Assembly: GCA_040905465.1 (NCBI GenBank)
Contig: JBBDRK010000074.1
Span: 2,623-27,451 of the forward strand
Origin: Trueperaceae bacterium
GTDB taxonomy: Bacteria > Deinococcota > Deinococci > Deinococcales > Trueperaceae
Reading direction: 5' to 3'
Length of the DNA: 24,829 bases
The notes under the pieces: model-generated
What the model was told of the DNA's origin: nothing
The model's input: the letters and a program-made list of their open reading frames with translations, nothing else
Database searches by the model: none
Translations under genes and position numbers: made by a program
Shown here: one piece after another, positions 16,685 through 24,829 of the stretch
Position numbering within the stretch: position 1 is the stretch's first letter
Layout: each line of letters starts with the position of its first letter

Positions 16685-17176
16685 CTAGTTCGTCGTGTCG
16701 CCTGCCGGATTTAGCGTCGGGTCGATCTGCACGTCGTTGGCGCCCTCTCCGATCTCACCCGCCGCAAATATCACGCTCGGATCTGCCGGGTTGTGGACGT
16801 TTACGTAACCGTCGTAGTTGACCAGGTGCTCATAATCAACAGCCGTGCCCGCGTCGGTCTCGGTCACGACGATCGAGCTGGTCCCGGTATCGGGATCGAC
16901 GAACCCGAGCGTTACGTAGATCGCACCACCGCTGCCCACGTCGCCGACATGGATATGGGCCGGGTAGTCCTGCGTACCGCTGGTACCGTCGACATCTATC
17001 GACACCCGGGTTTCGGTGGCCGACATCTTCTCGAAGGTGACGATGCCGTCGATCCCCGAATTGTTCTGTTCGTCGAGCGCGTAGCTGATCGTCTCCGGCT
17101 GGACCGCTCCCGGAGTACAGGCAACGAGAACGATCACCAACGCCGCAATAGGCAGGAGTAGCAGACTCCTCATCAT
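16685..17176 (-). CDS. Acidic lipoprotein with CHRD-like domain
   Basis: Lipobox LVAC after a hydrophobic signal; PAHIHxG and GYVNVH...AGEIG motifs typical of bacterial CHRD-like domains. AAGGGGA RBS. Confidence 0.7.
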   Translation of the reverse strand: MMRSLLLLPIAALVIVLVACTPGAVQPETISYALDEQNNSGIDGIVTFEKMSATETRVSIDVDGTSGTQDYPAHIHVGDVGSGGAIYVTLGFVDPDTGTSSIVVTETDAGTAVDYEHLVNYDGYVNVHNPADPSVIFAAGEIGEGANDVQIDPTLNPAGDTTN

Positions 17177-17376
17177 AGAATTCCCCTTTCCCCTCTTGAT
17201 CGCCGCAACACCTCATCGTGCGTCGCATCCGCGATGCTCAAGAGGTACGGACCTACAATCTCGCCATATTCTGCCGTCCGGTTTCGACGATCGTACCGAG
17301 GGCTAACGAAAGCCGCGGGCCCCGGCGCTAGCCTCGGAATCGTGGGACCTGGGAGGCAGTACCGGAAAGCCAGACG

Positions 17377-18924
17377 ATGAAGCAACTGGCTCGCAAGGGC
17401 TTCGTGGCCGCCTGTCCCGTGATTACTCCGGTTTTTACAGCGGTTGCACTGGCCCTGTTCGCGGCCGCCTCTGCCGGTATGCTGTTCGCTGCCCAGGAGC
17501 CGGCGTCGACTGACGGCGAAGGGGAGCGAACACTGGTCATAGAAAGCGGCGCCTCCACTGACGGCACGGAACCGGGTGGCCCCGAACCGGGTGGCCCCGA
17601 ACCGGGTGGCCCCGAACCGGGTGGCGCCGAGCCCGCTGGCGCCGGGCGGGCCGATGACGAGCGGGAGGAGGCCACCGACGGGGACGCGTCTGCGGCGCTG
17701 GCCCGCGAGCCGGGAGTCCGGTCGGGGGCGCGCGTGTTCTCCCAGGCATGCGCCGTCTGCCACGGCAGGGAGGGACGGGGAGGCATCGCCCCGGCATTGG
17801 CCGGCAACCGCAACCTCGAGCGTTCCGATTACGTCCTGGCGCTGATACTTAGGGGCGGGGACGGCATGCCGGCGTTCCACGGTCGGCTCTCGGAAGGGGA
17901 GATCGCTTCCGTGAGCAGCCACATTCGCACGGCCTGGGGCAACGACTTCGGATCGATATCGAGGGGACAGCTCGCCTCGCAGTGGTGGCGCGGCGCCGGT
18001 GATAGCGCCGAACTCTACCAGCGCGTCTGCGCGCGCTGTCATGGGGCGGAAGGAGGCGGACTAATCGGCCCACCCTTGTCACTGAACGAGAACCTGAGCG
18101 ACCCGCAGTACGTGACCGGGAAGATCCTCCACGGCCAGGGCGGCATGCCCGAGTTCGAGCCGCTGCTCGATGCCGGGCAGATCGCCGACCTTGCCTCTCA
18201 TGTGCGCACCGCATTCGGCAATGACTTCGGACCGGTGGAGCCGGAGATGGTAGGAGGCCTCCTGAGCCTCACCACCGGGAAGAGTCGGACAGCCGCACCT
18301 GTTTCCGACGACGTTCGACCAACCACGACGAACCTCCAGGAGTACCTGCGCTCCTGCGCACTTTGTCACGGACCGGAGGGACAGGGAGGCGTGGGGCCGG
18401 CACTGGCAGGCAACGCCAACCTTGGGGACTCCCAGTTCCTGCTGGATCGGGTCCTGCGCGGCGCCGGCCGAATGCCGCCATTCGCCCGCCGGCTGAGCGA
18501 TTCTCAGATCGCAGCGATCGCCACTCATGAGCGCGTCGGCTGGGGCAACGGCTTCGAGCAGGTGACGGCCCGGGATGTGGCGAATCGAAGGCAGGAACGC
18601 ACGCCACCGGAGGACGCGGCGGCAGATCTCAACGCAGGCCGCCGGCTATACGACCACCACTGCGCGGCCTGCCACGGAAGCCAGGGGCGTGGCGGAGTAG
18701 CTCCGGCCTTGCGGGGGAATGGTCAACTTCGCTACGACGGCCTCGTCGCCTCGCGAATCGTGATGGGCGGTGACGGCATGCCGCCCTTCAACCAAGTGAT
18801 GTCGACCGCCGAGATCGCCGCCGTCGCCAGCTATATCCGGACTGCATGGGACAACGAGTTCGGTCTCGTCGGCATTTCGCAAGCGCAGAACTATCACGCC
18901 GGGCCATCCAACCTCGGCCCCTGA
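17377..18924 (+). CDS. Exported cytochrome c with four tandem class I monoheme domains
   Basis: CxxCH at 17749 (CAVCH), 18028 (CARCH), 18355 (CALCH) and 18661 (CAACH), each followed by a P.L..N motif, an MPxF distal Met and an IA......R..W/F.N.F motif; N-terminal signal/anchor. Confidence 0.9.
   Translation: MKQLARKGFVAACPVITPVFTAVALALFAAASAGMLFAAQEPASTDGEGERTLVIESGASTDGTEPGGPEPGGPEPGGPEPGGAEPAGAGRADDEREEATDGDASAALAREPGVRSGARVFSQACAVCHGREGRGGIAPALAGNRNLERSDYVLALILRGGDGMPAFHGRLSEGEIASVSSHIRTAWGNDFGSISRGQLASQWWRGAGDSAELYQRVCARCHGAEGGGLIGPPLSLNENLSDPQYVTGKILHGQGGMPEFEPLLDAGQIADLASHVRTAFGNDFGPVEPEMVGGLLSLTTGKSRTAAPVSDDVRPTTTNLQEYLRSCALCHGPEGQGGVGPALAGNANLGDSQFLLDRVLRGAGRMPPFARRLSDSQIAAIATHERVGWGNGFEQVTARDVANRRQERTPPEDAAADLNAGRRLYDHHCAACHGSQGRGGVAPALRGNGQLRYDGLVASRIVMGGDGMPPFNQVMSTAEIAAVASYIRTAWDNEFGLVGISQAQNYHAGPSNLGP
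17569..17643 (+). repeat. In-frame 15-bp tandem repeat (EPGGP)n in the cytochrome linker
   Basis: gaaccgggtggcccc x3, then gaaccgggtggcgcc and gagcccgctggcgcc. Confidence 0.95.
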
Positions 18925-18944
18925 ACCCCGAGCAGCGACTGCCT

Positions 18945-20231
18945 TCAGCACTCCCTCGCCGGATCAGGCTGCGCGCCCGCATCCGTTGCCTCGTTCGACG
19001 GCTCCACAACCCGCACGAACTCACGGCGGCTGGCCGCCCTCGGGTCGGGCCTGATCACATAGAGCGGCTGCCGCAACTGGCGGTCGCCGGACCGGAAACC
19101 AGTGCGCCCACCTTTGTGGGCCTCCACGGTGACGGAGGAGCGGTCTAGTTCTGCCACTATCGCCTCTCCCGCCAGGCTCCCCGCCGTCGCGGCGGCCCCT
19201 GCCACCAGTTCAACCGCGATGTATGCGGCCCAGGCGGGCGGGTCCATCGGGACGCCCCAGCGCGCCAGGAAGCTCTCCCCCAGCGCGACCGCGCCCGGAG
19301 TTTCTGCCGGCTCCCAGAGAGAGACTCGCGGACCGACGCCGCGGCTGGGCGCGGCCCGTACCAACGAGTCCAGGAAGTCTCGCGTCTGCGTGACAGGATA
19401 GGGGAACCCGCTGATGGTCGGCCGCATCTCCTCCGCCTGGTAGTCCGCCTGGTAGCGCCCGAGGAAGTCCAACTGGTTGCGCCAGTCTGTCAACATCAAC
19501 ACCGTGTCCGCATCCGACTGCCTGATCGCCTCGAGCATTGCCGGGTGGCCGGCCGGGCCGTCGAGGGCAAGGGATCCAGCTTCGCTGCCGCCCGCGGTAG
19601 CCACCAACTGCCGGGTGCGGCCGAGAAGTGCCCGTCCTTCCTCGTCATCCGAGTACGCCAGGAACCACCGTCCGGTATCCGGATGAGCGTCCACCAGCAC
19701 CTGCAGGTACATCGCCGCACTGGCTTCCACGTGAAAGGTGTGGCTGCCGCAACCAGGGTCGCGCAGCGCCTCGCTGGCCGAACCGATATTGACGAACGGA
19801 ATGCCCCACTCCTCGGCCACCCGGCCTAGCGCCAGAGCCTGATCTCGGCCGATGCCGCCTGCCAACGCGGAAACCTCCCCACTCGCCGCAAGCCTTTGGC
19901 CCGCACGCTGCGTGGACTGCGCGTCAGGAGCGCTTGCGACCAGCACCTCGAGATCGCGCCGCCCGGCCGCCGCCAGCCGCCCGTAATCCTCCTCGGCCAT
20001 CAGCGCACCCTTGCGCGCCGCCTCTCCCGCGAGTTCCAGGGTGTTCGCATCCATCGGCATCCCGCCGCTGCGAAGCGGCAGCACCATGCCGATTCGGAGC
20101 GGCTCGGCGGGGTCGGCAGACCGGTGTTCGTGGGCGTTTCCACGGGCGATCGTACCCCCGAGCAGACCAGAGGCCAGACCGGCTCCGCAGAGCGCGAGCA
20201 GCCGACGGCGCGAGACGACGCGGGCCGGCAA
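18945..20231 (-). CDS. Tat-exported periplasmic binding protein (LIV/type I fold), PQQ-catabolism-associated type
   Basis: SRRRLL twin-arginine signal; LRIGMVLP, PFVNIG...LR...C..HTFHVEAS and HKG...FRSGDRQLRQPL motifs. Starts 2 nt after the moxJ-like stop. Confidence 0.75.
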   Translation of the reverse strand: MPARVVSRRRLLALCGAGLASGLLGGTIARGNAHEHRSADPAEPLRIGMVLPLRSGGMPMDANTLELAGEAARKGALMAEEDYGRLAAAGRRDLEVLVASAPDAQSTQRAGQRLAASGEVSALAGGIGRDQALALGRVAEEWGIPFVNIGSASEALRDPGCGSHTFHVEASAAMYLQVLVDAHPDTGRWFLAYSDDEEGRALLGRTRQLVATAGGSEAGSLALDGPAGHPAMLEAIRQSDADTVLMLTDWRNQLDFLGRYQADYQAEEMRPTISGFPYPVTQTRDFLDSLVRAAPSRGVGPRVSLWEPAETPGAVALGESFLARWGVPMDPPAWAAYIAVELVAGAAATAGSLAGEAIVAELDRSSVTVEAHKGGRTGFRSGDRQLRQPLYVIRPDPRAASRREFVRVVEPSNEATDAGAQPDPAREC

Positions 20232-20233
20232 GA

Positions 20234-21058
20234 CTACGACCCTTCCACCGTGGGCGCCGGCAACGGCTCCAGCGGAATCCGGTACTCCCTCAGGATCGAC
20301 TGGATCTCCTCCCAGGTTCGCGCCAGCGCCAGGTCGAGCCTGTCCCTCAGGGCTTCGTCTCCGGGCCTGACGCCCAGCGCGATCGACGAGACCATCGGAA
20401 CGAACGGCTGCTCTATCTTCGGCGACACCGGTACGACCTCCATGGGTACCGGGCTGCTGGCCGCGAAGTAGCCGGCCACCGGTCCCCAGGCGATCGCCAC
20501 GTCCACCTCCCCCGCCGCCACTGCCCCTATCAGCCGGGCCAGCGGCGCCGGCTCGTCATAGTCGGGAACCACGCCAACCTGCCTGTCGAGCAGTCCGCGA
20601 TTGGCCAAGGCCAAAGTTGGCGGGCTAACGCCGCGCCCGGCCACCTGTACACCTACGCGCAGTTCGCCGAGCACGGGATCGTCCAGCGACTCGATGTCGA
20701 ACGGACTATCCCGGCGGTAGACGAAGACGTAGCTGCTGCGGTAGTAAGCCAGACTGGTGAGGAAGCCGGCATGCCCGTCGTTGACGCCCATGACCACGTC
20801 GCATTCTCCACTGCGCAGCAGCGCGTCGCGCACCCGGTTGTCGGGTCGCGGCAGCCACACGTGGACCGGATTCACGCCCAACTCGCGAGCCAGCAGTTCG
20901 GCGATCCGGTTCTCGAACCCCTGGCCTTGTCTGTTCGAGTACGGCAAGCTGTCGCCCTGGGCACAGATCCGCAGGTCCCACTGCTGGGCATGCGCCACGC
21001 CGAGGAGCAGCAGGAAGGCGGAAAGCAGGAAGGCGGTCGCCCACCTAGCGGATCTCAT
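20234..21058 (-). CDS. MoxJ/XoxJ-like quinoprotein-associated periplasmic binding protein
   Basis: Sec signal (AHA-Q); motifs LRICA...LPYSN..GQGFENRIAELLA, L.SGECDVVMGV, YYRSSYVFV, DVAIAWGPVAGYFA and I.SILREY.IP. Overlaps the dehydrogenase stop. Confidence 0.88.
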   Translation of the reverse strand: MRSARWATAFLLSAFLLLLGVAHAQQWDLRICAQGDSLPYSNRQGQGFENRIAELLARELGVNPVHVWLPRPDNRVRDALLRSGECDVVMGVNDGHAGFLTSLAYYRSSYVFVYRRDSPFDIESLDDPVLGELRVGVQVAGRGVSPPTLALANRGLLDRQVGVVPDYDEPAPLARLIGAVAAGEVDVAIAWGPVAGYFAASSPVPMEVVPVSPKIEQPFVPMVSSIALGVRPGDEALRDRLDLALARTWEEIQSILREYRIPLEPLPAPTVEGS

Positions 21059-23852
21059 CGAGAGCGAACACCCATATCACGCCGCCCTGCGGCACGCTCA
21101 GGTTCCACTGTCCCCCCTGGTCGGCCGCGGTTGCTTCCTGGAACCTGACTGCGTCGACGCCCCAGCCCGACTGCACCGCAATGTACTGAACTCCATCCAC
21201 CTCGAACGAAACGGGAACGGCGTTGACTCCTGAGTTGGTACGGTGCTGCCACAGCACCTCACCGGTCCCCGCGTCGAAGGCCCGAAAGAAGCGGTCGTTG
21301 GTTCCGCCGGTGAATACCAATCCGCCACCGGTCGTCATCACCGGACCCCACGTGTGGGAGTCGGTGAACTCGTGCACCCACTCCTGCTCGCCGGTATCGA
21401 CGTTCCAGGCCTGAAGCTCGCCTATGTGGTCGGCCCCGTCCCGAATGTAGAACTCACTGCTGGCGCCGAAGTAGGTCTGGCCGGCCACATATTCCTCTTC
21501 GATTCCAGTCATCCTGCCGCAATGGTTCTCGTTCGCGGGAATGTAGATCAGGCGGGTCTCGGGATTGTAGGCCGCGGGCGGCCAGTCCTTGCCGCCCCAC
21601 AGCGACGGACAGAAGTCGGCCTGCTGGTCGATTGCGGGTTTGCGTTCCTCGTCGTAGGTGGGCCTGCCGGTCTCCGGGTCGAGGCTCTCGAAGACGTTCT
21701 GGTTCACGTACGGCTTGCCCTCGACGAAGCCGATCTCGTCCTCGCTCCGCTCGAGCCACCACAGGTAGCCGCTTCGAGCCGCGTGCATCAGACCGCGAAC
21801 CGTCTCGCCGTCGCGCTCGAAGTCGATCAGGAGCGGCGTGGCCACCTCGTCCCAGTCCCAGGAGCCGTTCCAGTGATACTGATGATGCGCCACCAGCTCC
21901 CCGCTGTCCACGTCGAGGGCCACGACCGAGGTGCTGTAGAGGTTGTCGCCCGGCCGTGCGTCTCCGGTCCATGGCGCGGCGTTTCCGGTGCCCCAGTAGC
22001 TCAGGTTCAGTTCAGGGTCGTAGGAGCCTGTTACCCATACGGGTGCTCCGCCATGTTCCCAGGTGTTGCCGGGCCATGTGTCGTTGCCTGGCTCCCCGGG
22101 CGCCGGGATCGTATAGGTCTTCCACGCCGGATCGCCCGTCTCGGAATCGAAAGCCTGCACGAAGCCGCGAACCCCCAGCTCCCCGCCGGACACCCCGACC
22201 ATGACCTTGCCGTTGGCGACCAGGGGTGCGAGCGTCATGTAATACGAGTCGCGGTAGTCCTCGACTCCTCGCTCCCACAGCACCTCGCCGGTACGTGCGT
22301 CGAGGGCCACCAGGTAGGTGTCGAGCGTCGCCAGGTACACCTTGTCGTCGTAGAGCGCCACTCCCCGGTTGGTCGGGTGGAGCTGGAAGAGGTCGTGAGG
22401 GAGGTCGCGCTCGTAGCGCCAAAGCAGGTCGCCGGTGGCGGCCTCGAAGGCGAGCACGTGGTTTTCCGGGGTGCTCACGAACATGACGCCATCGTTGACG
22501 ATGGGCGGGGCTTCGTGGCCCTCGCTCAGCCCGGTCGAGTAGGTCCACACCGGTCTCAGGTCGCTGACGTTCGCGGGCGTGATCTGGTCGAGCGGCGAGT
22601 AGCTCCAGGCGTCATACGTGCCCAGCCACATCAGCCAGTTGCGGGCCTCCGGGTCACGCAAACGCTCATCGGTTACCGGACTGTATTCGAATTCCTCCGC
22701 GTCCTGGGCGGCCGCGCCGCCCGCTACCTCGCCGTCCTCTTCACCGGCAGTCTCCTCCTGCTCGGCCCGAGGCTCCTCGGCAGGCTCCTCGCCTTCGGCT
22801 TGCGGCTCCTCCGCCTCGCCCGCCGCTTGCGGCTCCTCCTGCCCGCCGTCCGCCTCGGCCATCTGTTCCTCGGGCTGACCGCCTTGCGCCACCACGTCCA
22901 CGGGCACGGTGGCGACGGTGAATGGCAGGTCCGCGTCGCCCTGCTCCTGACGGTCGAACTGCGTGTTCACCAGGTACAGGCGGCCGTCGACCAGGGCGGC
23001 CGTCGCTGGCCAGTGCAGTGCCGGGTCGCCGAACCGGGCCGTCACCGTGCCACTGGAGTAGTCGTCGGCCAGATCGACCGTGACGACCTCATTTTCGGTC
23101 AGGCGCACTACGAAGAGGGTCTGCCCGTCGATTACCAGGCCGTCGGCGTTCGACAGCGACTCACCCCCGAGGTCGATCTCGCTGACTTCGCCGCTTTCCA
23201 GTGCTACTCGGTAGAGCAGGCCGTCGTTCATGTCGACGGTGATGAGATGGTCTCCCTCGTCGGTCGCGACGATGCCGTTCAGGTTGGTTCCCTGCGGGCC
23301 CTCACCGGTCGTGCTGTAATCGATTGGCGACTCCGAAAGGTCGAGCCAGGCCTCCAGTTCTCCAGCCATCTCTTCAGAAACCTGGGTGCGAAACAGCACC
23401 GGCCGGGCAGAGTCGGTTATATAGACATAGCCGTCCGGCGCCTCGATGAGGTCGTTGAGGAAAGTACCGTTCTCCGCCGGGGGCGCTTCCAGCGTGCGGA
23501 TGTTCTCGCCGGTCTCGCCATCGAAGACGCCCACCGTTCCGGTCGGTCCGCCTGCTACCCAGAGTCGGCCCATCGCGTCGACGGTCATGCCGAAGGCGGC
23601 GTCCAGACTGCCCTCGCTGCCACCTTCGACCAACACCGACAGCTCCTCGCTCTCCGGGCTTCCGGCGTAGATGGTCCCGTCCTCGGAACTGCCGACGAAG
23701 ATCCGCCCGTCTTCGGCGACGGCTATGCCTTCCGGGAACACGTTCTCTCCCGGCAACTCCAGTTCGCGCACCGACTCCCGGCCGTTACCCTGCGCTACCG
23801 CCAGGGACAGGAACGCTACGACTCCGAGGCAGTAGATCGATCTCCTCAGCAT
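21045..23852 (-). CDS. Fusion: SMP-30/gluconolactonase-like beta-propeller + acidic linker + PQQ-dependent alcohol dehydrogenase-family domain
   Basis: Start ATG 23852 after GGAGGAG, with a Sec signal (935 aa). Propeller motifs FPEGI, FLND, NLNGI and ADGL. PQQ domain motifs YSPLDQITPANVSDL..VW, GHEAPPIVNDG, TNRGVAL, SGGELGVRG, WGTGNAAPW, WDWDEV, CPSLWGGKDW and GGLVFTG. Confidence 0.92.
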   Translation of the reverse strand: MLRRSIYCLGVVAFLSLAVAQGNGRESVRELELPGENVFPEGIAVAEDGRIFVGSSEDGTIYAGSPESEELSVLVEGGSEGSLDAAFGMTVDAMGRLWVAGGPTGTVGVFDGETGENIRTLEAPPAENGTFLNDLIEAPDGYVYITDSARPVLFRTQVSEEMAGELEAWLDLSESPIDYSTTGEGPQGTNLNGIVATDEGDHLITVDMNDGLLYRVALESGEVSEIDLGGESLSNADGLVIDGQTLFVVRLTENEVVTVDLADDYSSGTVTARFGDPALHWPATAALVDGRLYLVNTQFDRQEQGDADLPFTVATVPVDVVAQGGQPEEQMAEADGGQEEPQAAGEAEEPQAEGEEPAEEPRAEQEETAGEEDGEVAGGAAAQDAEEFEYSPVTDERLRDPEARNWLMWLGTYDAWSYSPLDQITPANVSDLRPVWTYSTGLSEGHEAPPIVNDGVMFVSTPENHVLAFEAATGDLLWRYERDLPHDLFQLHPTNRGVALYDDKVYLATLDTYLVALDARTGEVLWERGVEDYRDSYYMTLAPLVANGKVMVGVSGGELGVRGFVQAFDSETGDPAWKTYTIPAPGEPGNDTWPGNTWEHGGAPVWVTGSYDPELNLSYWGTGNAAPWTGDARPGDNLYSTSVVALDVDSGELVAHHQYHWNGSWDWDEVATPLLIDFERDGETVRGLMHAARSGYLWWLERSEDEIGFVEGKPYVNQNVFESLDPETGRPTYDEERKPAIDQQADFCPSLWGGKDWPPAAYNPETRLIYIPANENHCGRMTGIEEEYVAGQTYFGASSEFYIRDGADHIGELQAWNVDTGEQEWVHEFTDSHTWGPVMTTGGGLVFTGGTNDRFFRAFDAGTGEVLWQHRTNSGVNAVPVSFEVDGVQYIAVQSGWGVDAVRFQEATAADQGGQWNLSVPQGGVIWVFALDEIR

Positions 23853-23940
23853 GACTCCTCCCGATATTGCGGCGCCCCAGGCGGGCGCTCGGCTGTGGTT
23901 GCACGCGACACCGGTCCGCCCGGCACTCCCGCTCGCCCGT

Positions 23941-24828
23941 TCACTGCTCCTCCTGCTCGGGCTGGTCCTCGGATTCCTCGCCGACCGGCGCCGGCGGCTG
24001 ACTCTCCTGTTGCCCGCCACCACCACCGGCCGAGCCCTGGATCAACAGCTGAGCGAGTCGACCCGACTCGGGATCGAGCTCGGTATCGCCGGCTGCGAAA
24101 CCGTTCTGCGAGAGGATGTAAGCGGTCAGATTGGCGTAGGTCAGGTGTCCCAGCGAACCGGGCCGGTCCTGAGGCATTTCGTTGCTTATGTAGTCGAACA
24201 GCTCCTCGACGCTGCGACCCTGCCAGTTCGCGAGGAACTCCTCACCGGCGACGGGCGGGTAGGAGGCGCGCCCCTCTAACCCGCCTCCATGGCAGACCGC
24301 ACAGTGTGACGTGTACTCCTCCATTCCCACGCGCGCCTGGTCGCGGGTGAACGCGCCCGCCTGCTGCTGCGACTGTTGCGCCTGCTGGTCCTGTTGCTGT
24401 TGCTGCTCCTGGTTTTGCTGCTGGTCCGCCTGCTGACCTTCTTGCTGCTGGCCTTCTTGCTGCTGGGCGCCGCCTTGCTGCGCCACCTGGTCGGGAGTAA
24501 CCTCACCGAAGCTGTTGCCCCAACTGTTCATTTCGTGCGTGGCTACGGCGGCGATCTCCTCGTCTGAGAGTTGATTGCCGAATGCCGGCATGCCGCCACC
24601 GCCCTCCACTATCTGATTCACCACCATCTGGGCGTCCTGCATGTTCTGGTTCCCGGCCAAGGGTGGGCCCGCGCCGCCTTCGCCCTCCTGGCCATGGCAT
24701 TGTGCGCACTGCTGGGAATAGATCTGCTCACCCTGCTGTCCCGCCCGCGCCTGACCTCCGCCGGCTACCTGATCCTGCTGCTGGCCTTGTTGCTCGCCGC
24801 CTGTCTGCCCCGGTTCCGGCTGCTCCTG
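23941..24828 (-). CDS. Multi-domain cytochrome c with Gln-rich linkers (5' end outside the window)
   Basis: The frame stays open from the window edge: ...GEQIYSQQCAQCHG...GMPAFGNQLSDEEIAAVATHEMNSWGN, a Q-rich linker, then YTSHCAVCHG...MPQDRPGSL. At least two CxxCH motifs. Confidence 0.88.
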   Translation of the reverse strand, partial: QEQPEPGQTGGEQQGQQQDQVAGGGQARAGQQGEQIYSQQCAQCHGQEGEGGAGPPLAGNQNMQDAQMVVNQIVEGGGGMPAFGNQLSDEEIAAVATHEMNSWGNSFGEVTPDQVAQQGGAQQQEGQQQEGQQADQQQNQEQQQQQDQQAQQSQQQAGAFTRDQARVGMEEYTSHCAVCHGGGLEGRASYPPVAGEEFLANWQGRSVEELFDYISNEMPQDRPGSLGHLTYANLTAYILSQNGFAAGDTELDPESGRLAQLLIQGSAGGGGGQQESQPPAPVGEESEDQPEQEEQ

Positions 24829-24829
24829 A

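Noticed and set aside
21045-23852. Naming the quinoprotein xoxF, mxaF or exaA
   Set aside because: It lacks the vicinal Cys-Cys of those families and has a foreign N-terminal domain; the substrate cannot be assigned from sequence.
21243-24350. 1035-aa plus-strand ORF
   Set aside because: Antisense shadow of the PQQ dehydrogenase and cytochrome genes; no recognisable motifs, and long stop-free antisense frames are typical of high-GC coding DNA.

Overview
High-GC (roughly two-thirds G+C) bacterial chromosomal window. The gene families and the leaderless or short-leader TAnnnT promoters suggest Deinococcota (Truepera-like); this is inference, not a database result. Left to right it holds: (i) an RNase Z-like MBL hydrolase, followed by a structured intergenic region with a complete antisense sigma70 promoter-to-terminator unit of only ~43 nt (candidate tiny sRNA) and a 5x14-bp tandem repeat; (ii) a deoxyhypusine-synthase-like (SpeY-type) gene with a structured leader and overlapping uORF, a metallophosphoesterase and a phosphatidylcholine-synthase-like gene; (iii) a PAS kinase, an OmpR-type two-component pair divergent from a DUF192 gene, and a NarL/LiaRS-like pair flanked by two paralogous membrane proteins, both pairs with candidate operator boxes visible in the DNA; (iv) speA divergent from aguA-aguB (polyamine pathway); (v) a periplasmic quinoprotein module made of a Q-rich multi-domain cytochrome c, a lactonase-like beta-propeller fused to a PQQ dehydrogenase (D-x-D metal motif, no vicinal Cys-Cys), a MoxJ/XoxJ-like protein, a Tat-exported binding protein and a convergent four-domain tandem cytochrome c. 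No rRNA, tRNA, CRISPR array or mobile element was recognised.
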